Below are positions 38,501-54,947 of a DNA stretch of 64,000 nt, piece by piece. This DNA comes from the human T2T-CHM13v2.0 reference genome, Homo sapiens, in NCBI RefSeq assembly GCF_009914755.1, contig NC_060929.1. One strand, 5' to 3'. The notes under the pieces are model-generated. The model saw only the letters and a program-made list of their open reading frames with translations, did no database searches and was not told the origin of the DNA. How positions within the stretch are numbered: the stretch's first letter is position 1; each line of letters starts with the position of its first letter. The position numbers and the translations under genes are program-made.

Positions 38501-38990
38501 TCTGAAAGGGAAAGTAATAGGTGTCCCTCACTCCCCTTCCCTCTTTCAGCAAAAATCTGGGGGTTGACGGAGAGAGAAAATGGGCATCCACCTTTTCTCA
38601 TTCATCTTTTTATGCCCGAGTCTGGACTACCTTAGATGGATGCCATCCTTGGGTGCCACTGCGGCCAGTATCTGTGAAGAAGAGAGTTCCTAGGGAACAG
38701 AAATTATCTGCACTGACCTACAACTCCATGCCCCTACTGTTGGCAACCTTTGTTTTCCCTGTGCCTTATCTATGCCATGGAACATGGCCTCCTTCCACAA
38801 AGTGGGGGCTTAATCTGCAAAATTTAGTCCTTTCCATTTACACTGTGCTCGTTGCCTTTGCATCCCTCACATCTGGTTTTCCTTTCTAGGAATTGAGTTT
38901 GGTACAAAAAAATGTCTCAGGGAATGCATAGATTCATTTAGATTAAGTCCCAGATAGGCCTTACCAAAAAATCTTAGGATATGTCAGTTA
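38226..38990 (-). mobile_element. ERV1-class internal fragment (leader plus gag start; MER52/HUERS-P3/ERV9-like group)
   Basis: Contains a gag matrix reading frame on the minus strand; GC-richer than its flanks; no LTR visible; right boundary approximate. Confidence 0.75.
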
Positions 38991-39096
38991 TTATTTCATT
39001 TATAACTTCCATAAGGTTTATGAAATAACTTTCACAATTGAAACACTATGATAGATGTTAAAAAATATGTAAATATCTCATATATTTTTTCAAATA

Positions 39097-40266
39097 CACT
39101 TACGTGCTGCATATAACAACATTTTGGTCAATGAAGGACTGCATATCTGATGATGGTCCCATTCAATTATAATGGAGGAGAACAATTCCTATTGCCTAGT
39201 GATATTGTAGCATAATACATCACTTGTGTGTTTGTGGTGATGCTGGTGCAAACAAACCTACCGTCCTGCCAGTCATGTAAAAGTATAGCAATACAATTAT
39301 GTACAGTATATGATACTTGATGATGACATATTACTGTATTACTAGTTTATGTATTTGCTGTAATATCCATTTTATCATTATTTTAGGGCAAACTCCTTTT
39401 ACTTATTAAAAAATAGGTAACCATAAAACAGCCTCAGGCAAGTCCTTCAGGAGGTATTCCAGAAGAAGGAATTGATTATTACAGGAGATGACAACCCTAT
39501 ACTTTTTATTGCCCCTGAAGGCCTTCCAGTGCAAAAAAATGTGGAGGTGGGAGACACTGATATTGATCATCTTGATCCTGTGTAGGCCTTGGCAAGTATG
39601 TATGTTTATATCTCAGTTTTTAACCAAAAAGGTTAAATTTAAAAAATTTAAAAAATTTAAAATAGAAATAAATTATAGAATAAGAATATAAAGAAAGAAA
39701 ATATTTTTGTATAGCTGTACAATGTGTTTGTATTTGAGGCTCAGGGCTTTATGAGTCAAAAAGTTAAAAAGGTTTATAAACTGAAGAAATTATAGTAAGC
39801 TAGGGTTAATTTATTATTAAAAATATATTTTTATCATAAATTTAATGTAGCCTGTCTATAGTGTTTATAAAGACTACAGTAGTGTACAATAATGTCCTAG
39901 GCCTTCACGTTCACTCAATACTCATAACCCAGAGCATCTGCCAGTCCTGCAAGTTCCATCATGGTAAGTGCCCTATACATGTGTAAGACTTTTTATCTTT
40001 TATACCAGATTTTTACAGTGCTTTTTAAATGTTTAGATATACATATGCTTCCCATTGTGTCAAAATTGCCCTCAGTATTCAGTACAGTAACATGCTATAT
40101 AAGTTTGTAGACTAGGAGCAATAGACTATACCATATAGATTAGGTGTGCGGTAGGCTATACCATCTAGGTTTGTGTAAGTGCACTTTATGATGTTTATAC
40201 AATGATAAAATCACTTGAAGATGCCTTTTTCAGAAAGTATCCCCATTGTTAGGCAGTGCCTGACTG
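39097..40266 (+). mobile_element. Tigger3b (Golem) non-autonomous DNA transposon
   Basis: TA flanks at 39095-96 and 40267-68; GGTCCCATT...ATTATAATGGAG near the start; end TATCCCCATTGTTAGGCAGTGCCTGACTG; 1.17 kb. Confidence 0.88.
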
Positions 40267-40294
40267 TATACGTATATATAAAAAAGTGGCAGGA

Positions 40295-40718
40295 CTTCTG
40301 GCTATAAGGAGTTCATAGCTGGTGAAGAAAATATGCAGAAGTAAGTAATTACAATTCAGTTAACATAATTTTAGTAATAAACTAACATATAAGAAGGGTG
40401 AAAACAAAATATGGTGAAGCACACTGAAATAAGAAGATGGAAAAAGGAGATCTTCAAAGAACGAGTCACAGAGGAAATTGATAGAAAATTGAAGGAAGAA
40501 GAGATGTTTCCTGGTCAGATGTTAGTAACTCTGCTATCTTTCTGAGATAAAAGCATAGCAATATTAAGATGGCATATTTTGCTATCTAGATAATATGTGT
40601 AATTGAAGTGTATTAGGCTTACATCCATTCCATGAACTGAAAAACACTGAGGAGGTATAAGGTTGAGAAATAAAAGATCCTTATATCAGTCTAAGGAGTT
40701 TGGATTTGTTTTTGAGTA
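40295..40718 (-). mobile_element. L2 fragment
   Basis: AAGGAGTTCATAGCTGGTGAAG and CTAAGGAGTTTGGATTTGTT motifs. Confidence 0.55.
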
Positions 40719-40719
40719 T

Positions 40720-40830
40720 CAGTGGTTCTAACAAGTGGTCAGACTTTCCAGGTGAATTTTGAAAAATAATAATGTTCTGGCCCAGATCAAACCTTCTGAA
40801 CTAGAGTTTTTGGAGTATGAATGCTGTTGT
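40720..40830. mobile_element. MER5-like hAT fragment
   Basis: CAGTGGTTCTAA terminus; AAACCTTCTGAACTAGAGTTTTTGG. Confidence 0.4.
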
Positions 40831-41017
40831 CATTAACCAATTATGAGATTTATGAATATCATGTTTTAATGAGACAGTGTAAAGGGATTCAGGGTGTAAA
40901 GGGTAACCAGAAGAAAAATATTTTACGCTATTTATATATTTTGTGAACTATACAGTGATATAAAGTAATTGGGATGAATATTGTTTTCAGCCAGCACTTT
41001 ACAGTGAATGAAAACAT

Positions 41018-41628
<611 letters not shown>

Positions 41629-42069
41629 AGCAAGACTTTTCAAAGGTCAAATGAGATTCAAATTCAATCTCATCTGAGTCATGTTTTTGCTACTAATTAA
41701 GTGTGTGATTTGGCCTCTCTAAGCCACACTTCTAGAACCTCCTTCATGCTTTTTTAGTAAGGATGCAGGAAAAATTTAGAGCACAGTGATGAGTCCGGGA
41801 AATCTTTCAAGAGATATCTATTTTTCGTTATTAGCATAAACATAGGGATTAGCAAAATTTCAGGTTTTGCTATGTAGTCAAGTTTCTGCAGAATGGGACA
41901 TAATACTACCACAATTTTAGAGTAGAAACGAAGAACCACATAATCATACATTTACAATTTGCAGAAAATGAACAATTAAAAGATGATCGTGTACTACTAC
42001 ATAAATATTTACATACCCTGGGTGAGCAGTTTTCTATATTGGGTGATGTTAACAGGGGAAATACTTTAT

Positions 42070-42330
42070 TTATTAACCAGATATTAATGAGCACTTACTA
42101 TGTAAATGCCTGAACATTTCTAAGTGCCAATCAATTAATGGGACACAATTACTGCCCTTCTGGAGTTCACATCTTAAGTTAAAATACAAACAATAAAGTA
42201 ATAAACATAATATTGGGCAACAGTAAATATTATGCAGAAAAATACAGCAGAGGAAGATGCGAGACAATGGTAGAGGTAAAATTTAAAAAATAGTGGTTGG
42301 GAAAGTCTCTGAGGAGATGTCACAAAAGTT
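42070..42330 (-). mobile_element. L2 3' end
   Basis: ATATTAATGAGCACTTACTATG...CTGCCCTTCTGGAGTTCACATC. Confidence 0.7.
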
Positions 42331-42669
42331 ATTGAAATTGGCCCCATGAAGATTATTTACCAGGTTAGGTTGGATAAATATTTGTGCTTTTCATGATAAT
42401 AGACACCAGACCTCTAAACCTTGCAATTTCTAATAGAATCTCCCAATGACTCTAGTATTTAAGTACTGCCTGAGATAGCTGAGGTGTAAATCATTATGAG
42501 GATCCAAGCTGCATTTATCAAATGTTTTGTTATGGAAGAAACTACAAATATATTAACAGGTTGGTTCTTCTTGGAAAGAAGGAAATTGATCATTAATACA
42601 AGAATTTCCATTTGGGGAGCAGATAGGAATAGAAATATGATGTCTAGCCATTCCATAAAACTCCAACCT

Positions 42670-42944
42670 GGCCAGGCATGGTGGCTCACGCCTGTAATCT
42701 CAGCACTTTGGGAGGCTGAGGAGGGCGGATCACGAGGTCAGGAGTTCGAGCCCAGCCTGGCCAACATGGTGAAACCCCATCTCTACTAAAAATACAAAAA
42801 TTAGCCAGGCATGGTGGCAGGTGCCTGTAATCCCATCTATTCAAGAGTCTAAGGAGAATCACTTGAAACCAGAAAGCGGAGGTTGCAGTGAGCCGAGATT
42901 GCACCACTGCACTCTAGCCTGGATGACAGAGTGAGACTCCATCT

Positions 42945-42978
<34 letters not shown>
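42670..42978 (+). mobile_element. AluSg-like element with (AAC)11 tail
   Basis: GGATCACGAGGTCAGGAGTTCGAG; degenerate TSD ACTCCAACCT / ACTCCACCCCT. Confidence 0.92.
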
Positions 42979-45900
42979 CACTCCACCCCTAACTCTCACA
43001 CTTCCATGGTTAAAATTCATCACCTACCTATTATAGCCTACATTCGTGGGTGAGGTGTATATGTTTTTTAGCTTTAGAATTTATTGGTCCTTTACATGTA
43101 TACTAATTTCTAGCTTGAACAAACTATTATGAAGTCCTCAAATATTTTATGCTTTCAATCTCATATTTTTGGTGCTTTAATTCATGGTTATATTCTTCAT
43201 AGAATCACTTTTCCTTGTAAAACTTACTTTTTTTGAAAAATTACTTGCATACTTTGTAAACGTGTGAAACATCTGCTCTTTAAAGAATTATAGTGCATAG
43301 GTCTTCAACAATAGTGAAAAGCTCCATCCTTAGAGCATTATTATTATTCTATCTCTGCCATAGCTCCCTGGCAAAGCCCCATTTTCAAGTGTCTTTATTT
43401 GAAAAGACAGGCTCTGCTCTGCAAGAAAATTCCCCATCTTCACTATGTTTGCAACAATTAGAAGGAATTGTTTAACCTTGCAGCTGCTTAAAGCTTCAAT
43501 ACAGTGGGGGCACATAAGTGCCTTGACAAAAATTTAAAATAAATATCTGGATAATCAGGTGTTGATCATGAGTTTGGAATTGCTCTGAAATACGCATAAA
43601 AATTTAGAAAACTATGCACATGTGCATGATTAGGTACCTACCAAAATAAAGACATGACATAAGAGAGCCTCAATCACTCACTTCTGACAGACCTTGAAGT
43701 AGAGTTGTAATCTTAAGCATTGAAGGAATCCCTTCACATATACATGAAGTTCCTTAGCAAATGATTGAAGGTTTATTAGTTCAAGGCATTTCAGGAAATC
43801 TCTGACTAATTACTAGCTGACTACTAAGACATTCGGGGAGAACATTTAATGACCATGTACTATAGGAAATAAACTTTACCGAATTAGTCCAGAAAATTTA
43901 TTAAATAAAAAAAGCCAAAACCATAATTTAAAGAAATAATAAAAACATCAACAAAATCTAACCAGAAGAGAAAAGGATATCTTATTTTAAAATTGTCATA
44001 TTCTGTCATCTAAAATGTTTAGTTTTGAAGAAGAAATTATAAAACAGAAAGGAATAGTAAACTATAACCCATACACATATATAAAACCAATAAATAGAAA
44101 CTATCTATTCAGGGCCCAGAAACTTTAACTCAGCTAATAAGAATATTTTCAAATAACAAAAAGAAAATATATTCAAAGAATTAAAGAAAAGTATGGTAAT
44201 ATCTCACAAAATAACATGAGAAAAGATATATAAATTAATTTAAATTTAAATTTTGTAGATGAAGAATACAATAACCAAAATTTACAAAAGTTACTAGAGT
44301 GGCTCAACAGTAGATCTGAGTGTCAGAAGAAGATAATCTGCAACCTTGTACATAGAAATAGGTCAATTGAGACTACCCAGTTTGAGAAACAGAATGAAAA
44401 AAAATAAGGAAATTTTATAAAAATTTAGAGAGCTATGGGCACCATTAAATACACCAGCATATGTATAACAGGAATTTCGGAAAATAAGGTGAAAGGAAAA
44501 GGAAAAAAATATTTGCAGAAATAATAGCTGAAACTTTTCAACTTGATGGAAATATTGATCCACATCTAAGAAGCTCACTAAAGTTTAATTAGAAGAAATC
44601 TACAATATATCCACCATGGCTAAACTGTCAAAAAGCCAATGCAAAGAGAATTTGAAGAACAACACAAGAAAAATAACTTATTACATTGGTATTGTCACAA
44701 ACACCAACTACTGATTTGGCATTAAAATTACGTAGGCCTGAAGGTAGTGGCATGACATATTCAAAGTGCTAAAAGGGAAAAAATATCAATTAAATATTCT
44801 ACATTTAAAAACCTCTCTGTCAAAAATAAGACTAAAGCCATCCCCATATAAAAATAAAAATGAGAGAATTTATTGTGTAGAATAAATTCTAAAGAGAGCT
44901 ATTCCAGCTGAAATGAAAGGCAATTAAATCAGCACAAAGAAATAAAGAGCACTGGTAAAGGTAACTACATAGGTAATTATAAAAGATAATATGAATATAT
45001 TTGGTTCAACACCTTTTTTTCTGACTTAAAAGATGGCTATGTTAATCAGTAAGTATAAATCTATATTGATATGGTTATGATGTATAGAGATGTAGTCAAT
45101 ATGTATAACAGCAAAAATGAGAAGGGGGTGAGTTATAGTGGAATAAATTTTTGTATACTATCAGAATTAATTTAGTATAAATATAAACTAGCTTGCTTAA
45201 CTTTAGAATGGAAATTGGAATCCAAGGCCAACAACAGAAAAAAAAATTACCCCAAATAAAGCAAAATAAGCAGGTAGTTAAAAGGGTACAAAAAAACTCC
45301 CAATTTAACATAAAAGCAGACAAAACAGAGAAAGAGATGAACAAAAACAATATAATAAATATAGAAAACAAATAGCAAAGTAACAGATGTAAACTCAAGT
45401 ATCAGTATTTGATTAAATGTAAATGGATTAAATTAGTGAATAAAAAGACAGACATTTGCAATATTAATAGTCTCCATAATCTATATGCTAACTATAACAG
45501 AAACATTTTAGACACAAAGAGCTTAAAAGTAAAGAGGCAGTAAAAATATGTTATGCAAACAGTAATCAAATGAGACCAGAGTGGCTATGTTAACATAAGA
45601 TGAAGTACATTTTAGTGTAAAAATTGTTATCGAGATAAAATGTAACATTTTTATAATAACAAAAGCATTGAAGTATCAGAAAAGTATAACAACTATAAAG
45701 ATGTATGCACCTAACAACAGAGCACTCAAGTGCATGCAGAGTCATTGAGAAAAATGAAGAAAGAAACAATTTAACAATAGTAATTGGAAACTTCAATAGC
45801 TAAATTTCTATAATGGATAAAACAACTAGGCAGATGATGAAAAACAAATAGAAGATGTAAACAAAACTGCAAACCATGTAGTTCTAATAGATATCCATAT

Positions 45901-47227
45901 AATATGCTACCCAACAATTTCAAAATGCAAATTATTCTCAAGTGTAAATGAAAAATTCTCTAAGGTATACTATATGCTAGGTCATAATATAAAAATCAAT
46001 AAATTAAAAATAATTAAAATTGTTCAATGTATATTTTTCTAATCACAATGGAGTAAAATAAATGAAAAACAAGAAACTTCAGGAAATTCATAAATATGTG
46101 AAAATCAAACAGCACATTTAAAACCAACAAATGTAAAAATATACAAGAAAAATTAAAAAATGCTTTCAGATGAATGAAAATAAAAACACTACAAATCAAC
46201 ACTTGTGAGACATGCACACAAAAAAACAGTGTAAGAAGATTTATAACTATAAATACTAATATTTAAAAGAAGAAAGCAGTCTAACAACTCACTAAACTAA
46301 CCTCCACAAGACACTAGGAAAAGTACACTAAACTAAATCAAAGCTAGCAAAAGGAAAGAAATAGTAAATAATAGAGCAGAAATTAATGAAATAGGAAGTA
46401 ACAAAACAGAGAAAATCACAGAAACAAAATTTTTTTAAACTTTAGCTTCATTAACCATGAAAAAAATAAGAGAATACTTAAAATTGCCAAAATCAAGAAC
46501 TCAAGAGGTAATATAACTTCTAAACTTACATAAAAATATTATGCATGAATAGCATAAATGAAAATTAGATAATTTAGATAAAATAGATACATTTCTAAGA
46601 AAAAATGCAAACTACAATAGTGACTCAACAAGACAAGGAAAATCTACATATATTTATACAAGTGAAAAGATTGATCTAGTAATAAGGAAACATTCTACAG
46701 GAGTCCAGACTCAAATGGCTTCATTGTTGAATTTATACAAAATATTTAAATAATAATTTTCAATCTTTCAGAAACTTATTTAAAAATAGATTAGAGAATA
46801 CCTATAAGTTACTCTTTGAGGCAATTATTACCCTAATTCAAAAACCAAATCAAAACATCACAAGAAAATGACAAAGCAATATCACTTAGGAATATAGTTG
46901 CAGAAAAAATTATCAAACCAAGGCCAGCAACATACATTAAAAAAAATACACCATGAAAAAGGGGAATTTATCCCAGGCATGCAAACTTGGTTTAACATCT
47001 GTAAATCCACCCATATAATAAACTATATTTTAAAAATAAAAGACAAAAATTACACAATTATGTCTACAGATGTGAAAAAAATTGGACAATGCCAACATCA
47101 TTCATGACAAAAAAATACTCAACACGTTTGGAATATAAGGGAAATGCCTCAAACTGAAAAAACATCATGTGCTTGAAAACCTACAATGAACATCATGCTA
47201 AATTGGAAAAGCATAAAAACTTCTCTT

Positions 47228-47598
<371 letters not shown>

Positions 47599-48030
47599 TC
47601 AGGATAATTAAGTTAAATAAAAATATAGAGAAGCTATTCAGATTGGAAAAAATAAAAAATAAATGCATTTCTATTTGTGAAAAGCCTAATATTGTACATA
47701 GAAATTCCCATGCAGGACACTAAAAACTGTTAGACCTTATGCATGAATTCAACAAGGCAAAATATATAATTAGTATTTAAAATTAATTGAATTTCCAAAA
47801 ACTATCAATGAAAAAAATTGAGATTAGAAAACAATTCCATTCAAAACAGCAAAAACAAAAATGAAGTATTTAGGAAGAAATTTAACAATATAAGTGCAAC
47901 ACTTATCCATTGAGAACTATATAAAATTATTAAAAGACAGTAAGAGGATATAAGTAAATATACAGATATCCTACATTTATGGACCAGAAGACAATATTGT
48001 TAAGATGGCAACACTCTCCAAATTCATCTA

Positions 48031-49735
<1,705 letters not shown>

Positions 49736-51299
49736 TTTAGCTGCCATTTTTTTTACAGTAATTGACAAGTTGATCCTAAAATTTCTACAAAATTCAAGGT
49801 CCCAGGATACTTAGAACAATCTTGAAAAAGAACACTTCTGGTGAACTAACACTTCTCAATTTTAAAACTAATTTCAAAGAAAATAATAAAGACTGTATAG
49901 CACTGGCATAAGAATAGACATATAGGTCAACTGGATAGGATTATTGAGATTTGACAAGGCCTTCAAGATTATTATAGGGGCATAATAATCTTTTCAACAA
50001 ATCGGGCTGCATAATTGAATATTCATATAAGAGAATAAATGAAATTGGACTTCTTCCTTAAACCATACACAAAAAATTAACTCAAAATAGATTGTAGTCC
50101 CAAATGTAAAAGTGAAATCTCTAACATATTTAGAAGAAAACATGAATAACTTTGTGACTTTCCATTAAGCAATGATTTCTCAGATATGACACCAAAATAC
50201 AAGTGAAGAAAGAAAAACATAGATACATTGCACTTTACTAATATAAAAAACTTTCGTGTTGCTAGTCATACCATCAAAAAAGTGAAAAGCCAGTCCACAA
50301 AATGAGAGAAAAGATTTGCGAATCCTTTAGCTGATAAAGCATTTGTATCCAGAATAAATAAGAAACTCTTACAAGTCCATAATTAAAAGGTAAATATCTC
50401 AATTTGAATAAACCTTTTTTTTTTCAGATTAGATATACAAATGACTAACAAACACATAAAGAGGTACGCAACATTATTAGGTGAATACAGACTAAAACTA
50501 TCAGATACCACTTCATACCCACTAGGATGGCTATAACAAAAAAGGCAGACAGTAACAAGAGTTAACAAGTAATAAAGAGAAACTGGAACACTCATACATT
50601 GATTATGAGAATGTAAAATGGTGTGGCTGTTTTGAGAAACAGTTTTTGTTGTTTCTCACAGAACTATTTGACTCAGCAATTTAACTCCAAAAGAAATGAA
50701 AATAAGTGCTCAAACAAAACCTGTACACAAATATTTATAGCATCACTATTCCCAATAGCCAAATAGTGGAAGCTACCAAATTAAATCAACAAATGTAATA
50801 TATTTACACAATGGAATATTATTTGGCCATAAAAAGCAATCTACTGACACATGGTGCAAAATGGATAAACCTCAGAAATGTTATGGGAAGTGATAGAAGT
50901 AAGTCACAAAAGGCCACTTGTTTATGTTTCTATTTACATAAAATAGCCCAAATAGGCAGATCTATAGAGGGAGAAAACAGATTTGTGTTTGCCTAGGGTG
51001 CGGGAGTGGGGTAGGTGGAGAGTGACCTGTAATATGTGTGGGGATTCATTTTGGATTGATGAAAACTTTCTAAAATTTGATTTCGTTGGTTGCTGTACAG
51101 CTGTGAATATACAAAAACTACCGAATAGTATATTTAAATAGATTAACTTTTGATATGTTAATTATACATCAATAAAGCTGTTTAAATAAAAAACTTAAAG
51201 TAACATACTTTTCTTCATAAAGACTACTTAAATCACTAGAGTTCACTAGCCCCACTCTCTGTTGTTACAGCATGTTGTCTATGTTGCTATTCTAGTAAT

Positions 51300-51435
51300 T
51301 TTTCTACTGAATCTAAATTATCTATTTATGTAACTTTCTCCTTCTCTAGACTGTAAGATTATAAAAATCGGGCCTTTCATGTTTTCTTCTCTGTACTTTT
51401 ATCTCAAGCATTGTACCTGTAATACATAAGAATAA
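51300..51435 (+). mobile_element. L2 3' fragment
   Basis: CTAGACTGTAAGATT...GGGCCTTTCATG...AAGCATTGTACCTG. Confidence 0.55.
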
Positions 51436-52067
51436 AGGACTATATTCCTCGATATTTCTTGAAAAGCTAATGTTTTTACTCACAATTTTCTCCATGAATT
51501 TCTATTCTGGCAAAAATGCTTTGGCAGCCTTAATAAACCAACCACAAAGCCACATGATACTCAGAATTCTAGATTATTGCATTTAATCTTTATGTGTGTG
51601 TGAGACTGTCCTGGAACATGTCATTTGTTTCCAAAAAGATGGCAGGCAGTTTTATTTAAAAAAAAACCTGAAGAAATGTAAAAATAATCAGCTTAAGTGA
51701 ACAAATTGTGCATTATATGACAAAAACTTTAGAGATACGGATTCAAGTGTGATATTTAATCTAATTTAACAAAAAAGCAATAGGACAACAGAGAAGGATA
51801 CATCATAGGTCTCCAATAAAATTTTTAGTTTCCAGTGGTGACTATCATATTTTCTACACGTAGGCTTTTATGTGTAGAACTTGATATGTTTATATTAGTT
51901 CTTCTTCAATGAATGAAATGGTGTCAGTAATAGAAATAAAATGCAATTTTGAGTGGTTACTCTGTTTCCTACATAGAAGTGTCAATTACCTATGATATGT
52001 GTTGGTACCAACAATCATCTTTCTGTTTTCTCTAAGTGTCAGAGGATCTCAGTGTCCTTTAGCGTCT

Positions 52068-53237
52068 TGCTATGGTTTGGATATAGTTTGTTCATCCCCA
52101 CCAAAACTCATGCTAAAATTTGATCTCGCACCAAGCATGGTAGCATGTGCCTCTAGTCCCAGCCACTTGGGAGGCTGAAGCAGGAGGATCCCTTGAACCC
52201 AGGAGTCAGAGCGCAGCCTGGGTAATATAACAAGCCACAACTAGAAAAGAAATTTGATTCTCAATGTGGGAGTGTTGAGAGGTAGGGCCTAGTAGAAGCT
52301 GTTTGTATCAAGACGGCAAATCCCTCATGAATAGCTTGGTGGTTGTTCTCACCACAGTGAGTGATTTCTTGCTCTTGTGAGACTTGATTACTTATGATGG
52401 AAATAGATTAGTTCTTGTGAGGGTTAGTGACTAAAAAAGCTGGGATGCCCTTCAGATTTTGCCTTTTCACACTTGTCCACATCCTCTTTGACCTTATTTG
52501 TTATGTTATAACACATCATGAAAGCCCTTCCCAGAAGCCAGAGCCATGCCCTTGAATTTCCCAGCTTGCAGAACCATGAGCTAAATACATCTCCTTTCTT
52601 TATAAATTACCGAGGCTCACGTATTCTGTTATAGCAACACAAAACTAAGATAGAAAATTGGTACTAACAATTGATCATTGTTATATAGGTATATAAAAAT
52701 GTGGGGTTGGCTTTGGAACTGGATAGTAGAAAGAGATTAGAAGAGTTAGGAGGAGCAGGCTAGAAAAAGTCTATCTTACCATGAATGAAGAATTAAGGGT
52801 GGTTCTGGCAAGAACTCAGAAGAAAGTACAAAGGTGAAGAAAACTTTGGAGCTTCTTAGAGATTTGTTATATAATTGTGACCAATATGCTGATAGGAAAG
52901 ACCATTCTGATGAAATCTGTGATGGAAATAAGGAGTATTTATGTGAAAACTGGAACAAAGTTCCCTCCTGTCACACCACAGCAAAGAATGTGGTTGCATT
53001 GTGTTCATGCCCTAGGGCTTTAGGAATACCCCTCCAGTTTTTCCTTTACTCACATGTCCACTTCTTCTTTGACCTTCTTAGTCGTGTTGATGCAGCATGA
53101 AAGCACTTACCAGAAGTCAGGGCCTTGCGCTTGAACTTCCTAACCAGCAGAACCATGAGCTATCTAAACCCCTGAAAAAAAAATAAATTATGCAGTCTCA
53201 GTTATTCTGTTATAACAACACAAAACAGACTAAGACA
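52068..53237 (+). mobile_element. MSTB2-like MaLR provirus with an internal deletion
   Basis: 5' LTR from TGCTATGGTTTGGATAT to about 52651; internal region from GAAAATTGGTACT to about 53020; fused to the 3' half of a second LTR ending ACAGACTAAGACA. Confidence 0.85.
52130..52250 (+). mobile_element. FLAM (free Alu monomer) inside the MST LTR
   Basis: Monomer TAGTCCCAGCCACTTGGGAGGCTGAAGCAGGAGGATCCCTTGAACCCAGGAG; TSD AAATTTGAT(T)CTC on both sides. Confidence 0.8.
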
Positions 53238-54908
53238 GGTATAGACAATCTCCATTTTCTCTCTGCTTATGATGTACAAAGATTTATATAATATGAAGCC
53301 ATTTTTATTACTAAATAGTGATCCTAGAATGTATCATAGTGGAATAGACTTTATAGTCTGTAACTTATGGCAAAATATCCAGAGATATATGTTTGTCTAT
53401 AAATAAATCATTTCCTCTGTCCCTAATTTTGTGATCATCAGAGAAAACGGTATGATACATTCTTGCTTCTAATCTATTCACTTCCTATTCCTTGGATATT
53501 CCCTTAGTTTAGAAATTTTGGTCTTATTTTTTATCTTTCCTATCAGAATATCTAAGTAAATTAGCCTTTAGATCCCCTCAAATGTTTCCTGTCTGTTCCA
53601 GTTCCTTCACAAAGTAATGAATTTTGCTTACAAGGTCAGAAAATTTGAGCTTATTTTTTATTCTGACCTTAACTCTCTCTTCCCATTCACATTGTTCTAT
53701 CTACTCACCATTAGTTCAGGAACATTGAATTCTATTATTTTCATCTTGCAGCTGTTATTTTTCTTTTAATTTTTTATTAGTCTCTCTTTTCCTTCTATTC
53801 CAGTTCTCTATTTTATGATGCGCCTACATTTACCCCTTTGTATAAGGGACCACAGGGCCATAGGGCTCTTGTTTTATATTATTTTTGAAGAAAATAATTT
53901 GTAGTGCCTTTTGAAAAGACACAATGAGCAAAGAGCGTATTTTGTTAAATACATTCTGAAAATAAGATTAAAATTTAATTATAAAAATTAAGAGTAATGA
54001 GGAGACAGGGTAATAAAAGCAAGTAAAAAAGTGAAAAGTACAATTCAGTTAGAGTAAAATACTTGAATAACAGGAAAAAAATGAAGAAATGTACAACATA
54101 GTATATAAGAGAAGAAAAAAGTAACATTCATACATGAAAAAGCAGGGTAGACACAAATAACAGTACAAGGGGTGAGGAAAAGTCTAAAAATCGAGGAAAG
54201 AACAGGAAGTCAATAGAGACATGGAAAGTTTGAGAACTAGGATTCTGCTTTTAAAGCACATAGTGAAGGCTTTGATTGTTATCTCTGTGAGATCATCAAG
54301 ACATTGCCTCAAAAGTCTTTGGGTTTAAAATGCCTTTGGTAGATGAAGTGGAACTGGCTGCTCAATGTCTGGAGAAGGGGTTGACTGCACTCTATGTTTT
54401 TGGCCCCCATAGCCACTGCACAAACTCCATTCATAACTGGCTCCAGTGTTCCTTGCCTCTAAGAACAACGTGTAAGCTTTAGTTAGGGAAAAAAGGCCAT
54501 TATAAGTTTTTCTCTTCATGAATATGGATAAGCTTTGGTAATAATGTGTGTTTATACACACACGCATACACACATACACACTCATTACACAGTGGAACCC
54601 AATAGGAAGTTTCACATGGCATTGTTTACACCATACATAACTCATACAGAAGAAACTAGAAGAAAGCAGGCAGACACTGATTTCCTTATGTTTTTGTTGT
54701 AATTTTTTTTCAAACTTTTAATTTATTCATTGGAACTGGATAGTAGAAATGCTTCTTTGTGCTCTATTGATCTTGTTTTGCAGTGAGCTTTAAGGGTCAC
54801 CTAGGTTTACTTGTTCAATCTAAAATCATACTTTATGTTAATTTTACTCTTCATTGTTCGTTGTATGATTTGTTTTTAGCCATCATTTTTAGAGAATTTT
54901 ATTCTTTC

Positions 54909-54947
54909 AAAGACTTCTAGAATGTACTTTAAAAGACTTCTAGAATG
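54909..54947. repeat. 16-bp direct repeat
   Basis: AAAGACTTCTAGAATG at 54909 and 54932. Confidence 0.85.

Noticed and set aside
38895-38915. Possible reverse PBS/LTR boundary (GAGTTTGGTACAAAAAAATG)
   Set aside because: No LTR follows, and the adjacent gag is ERV1-type; more likely leader sequence.
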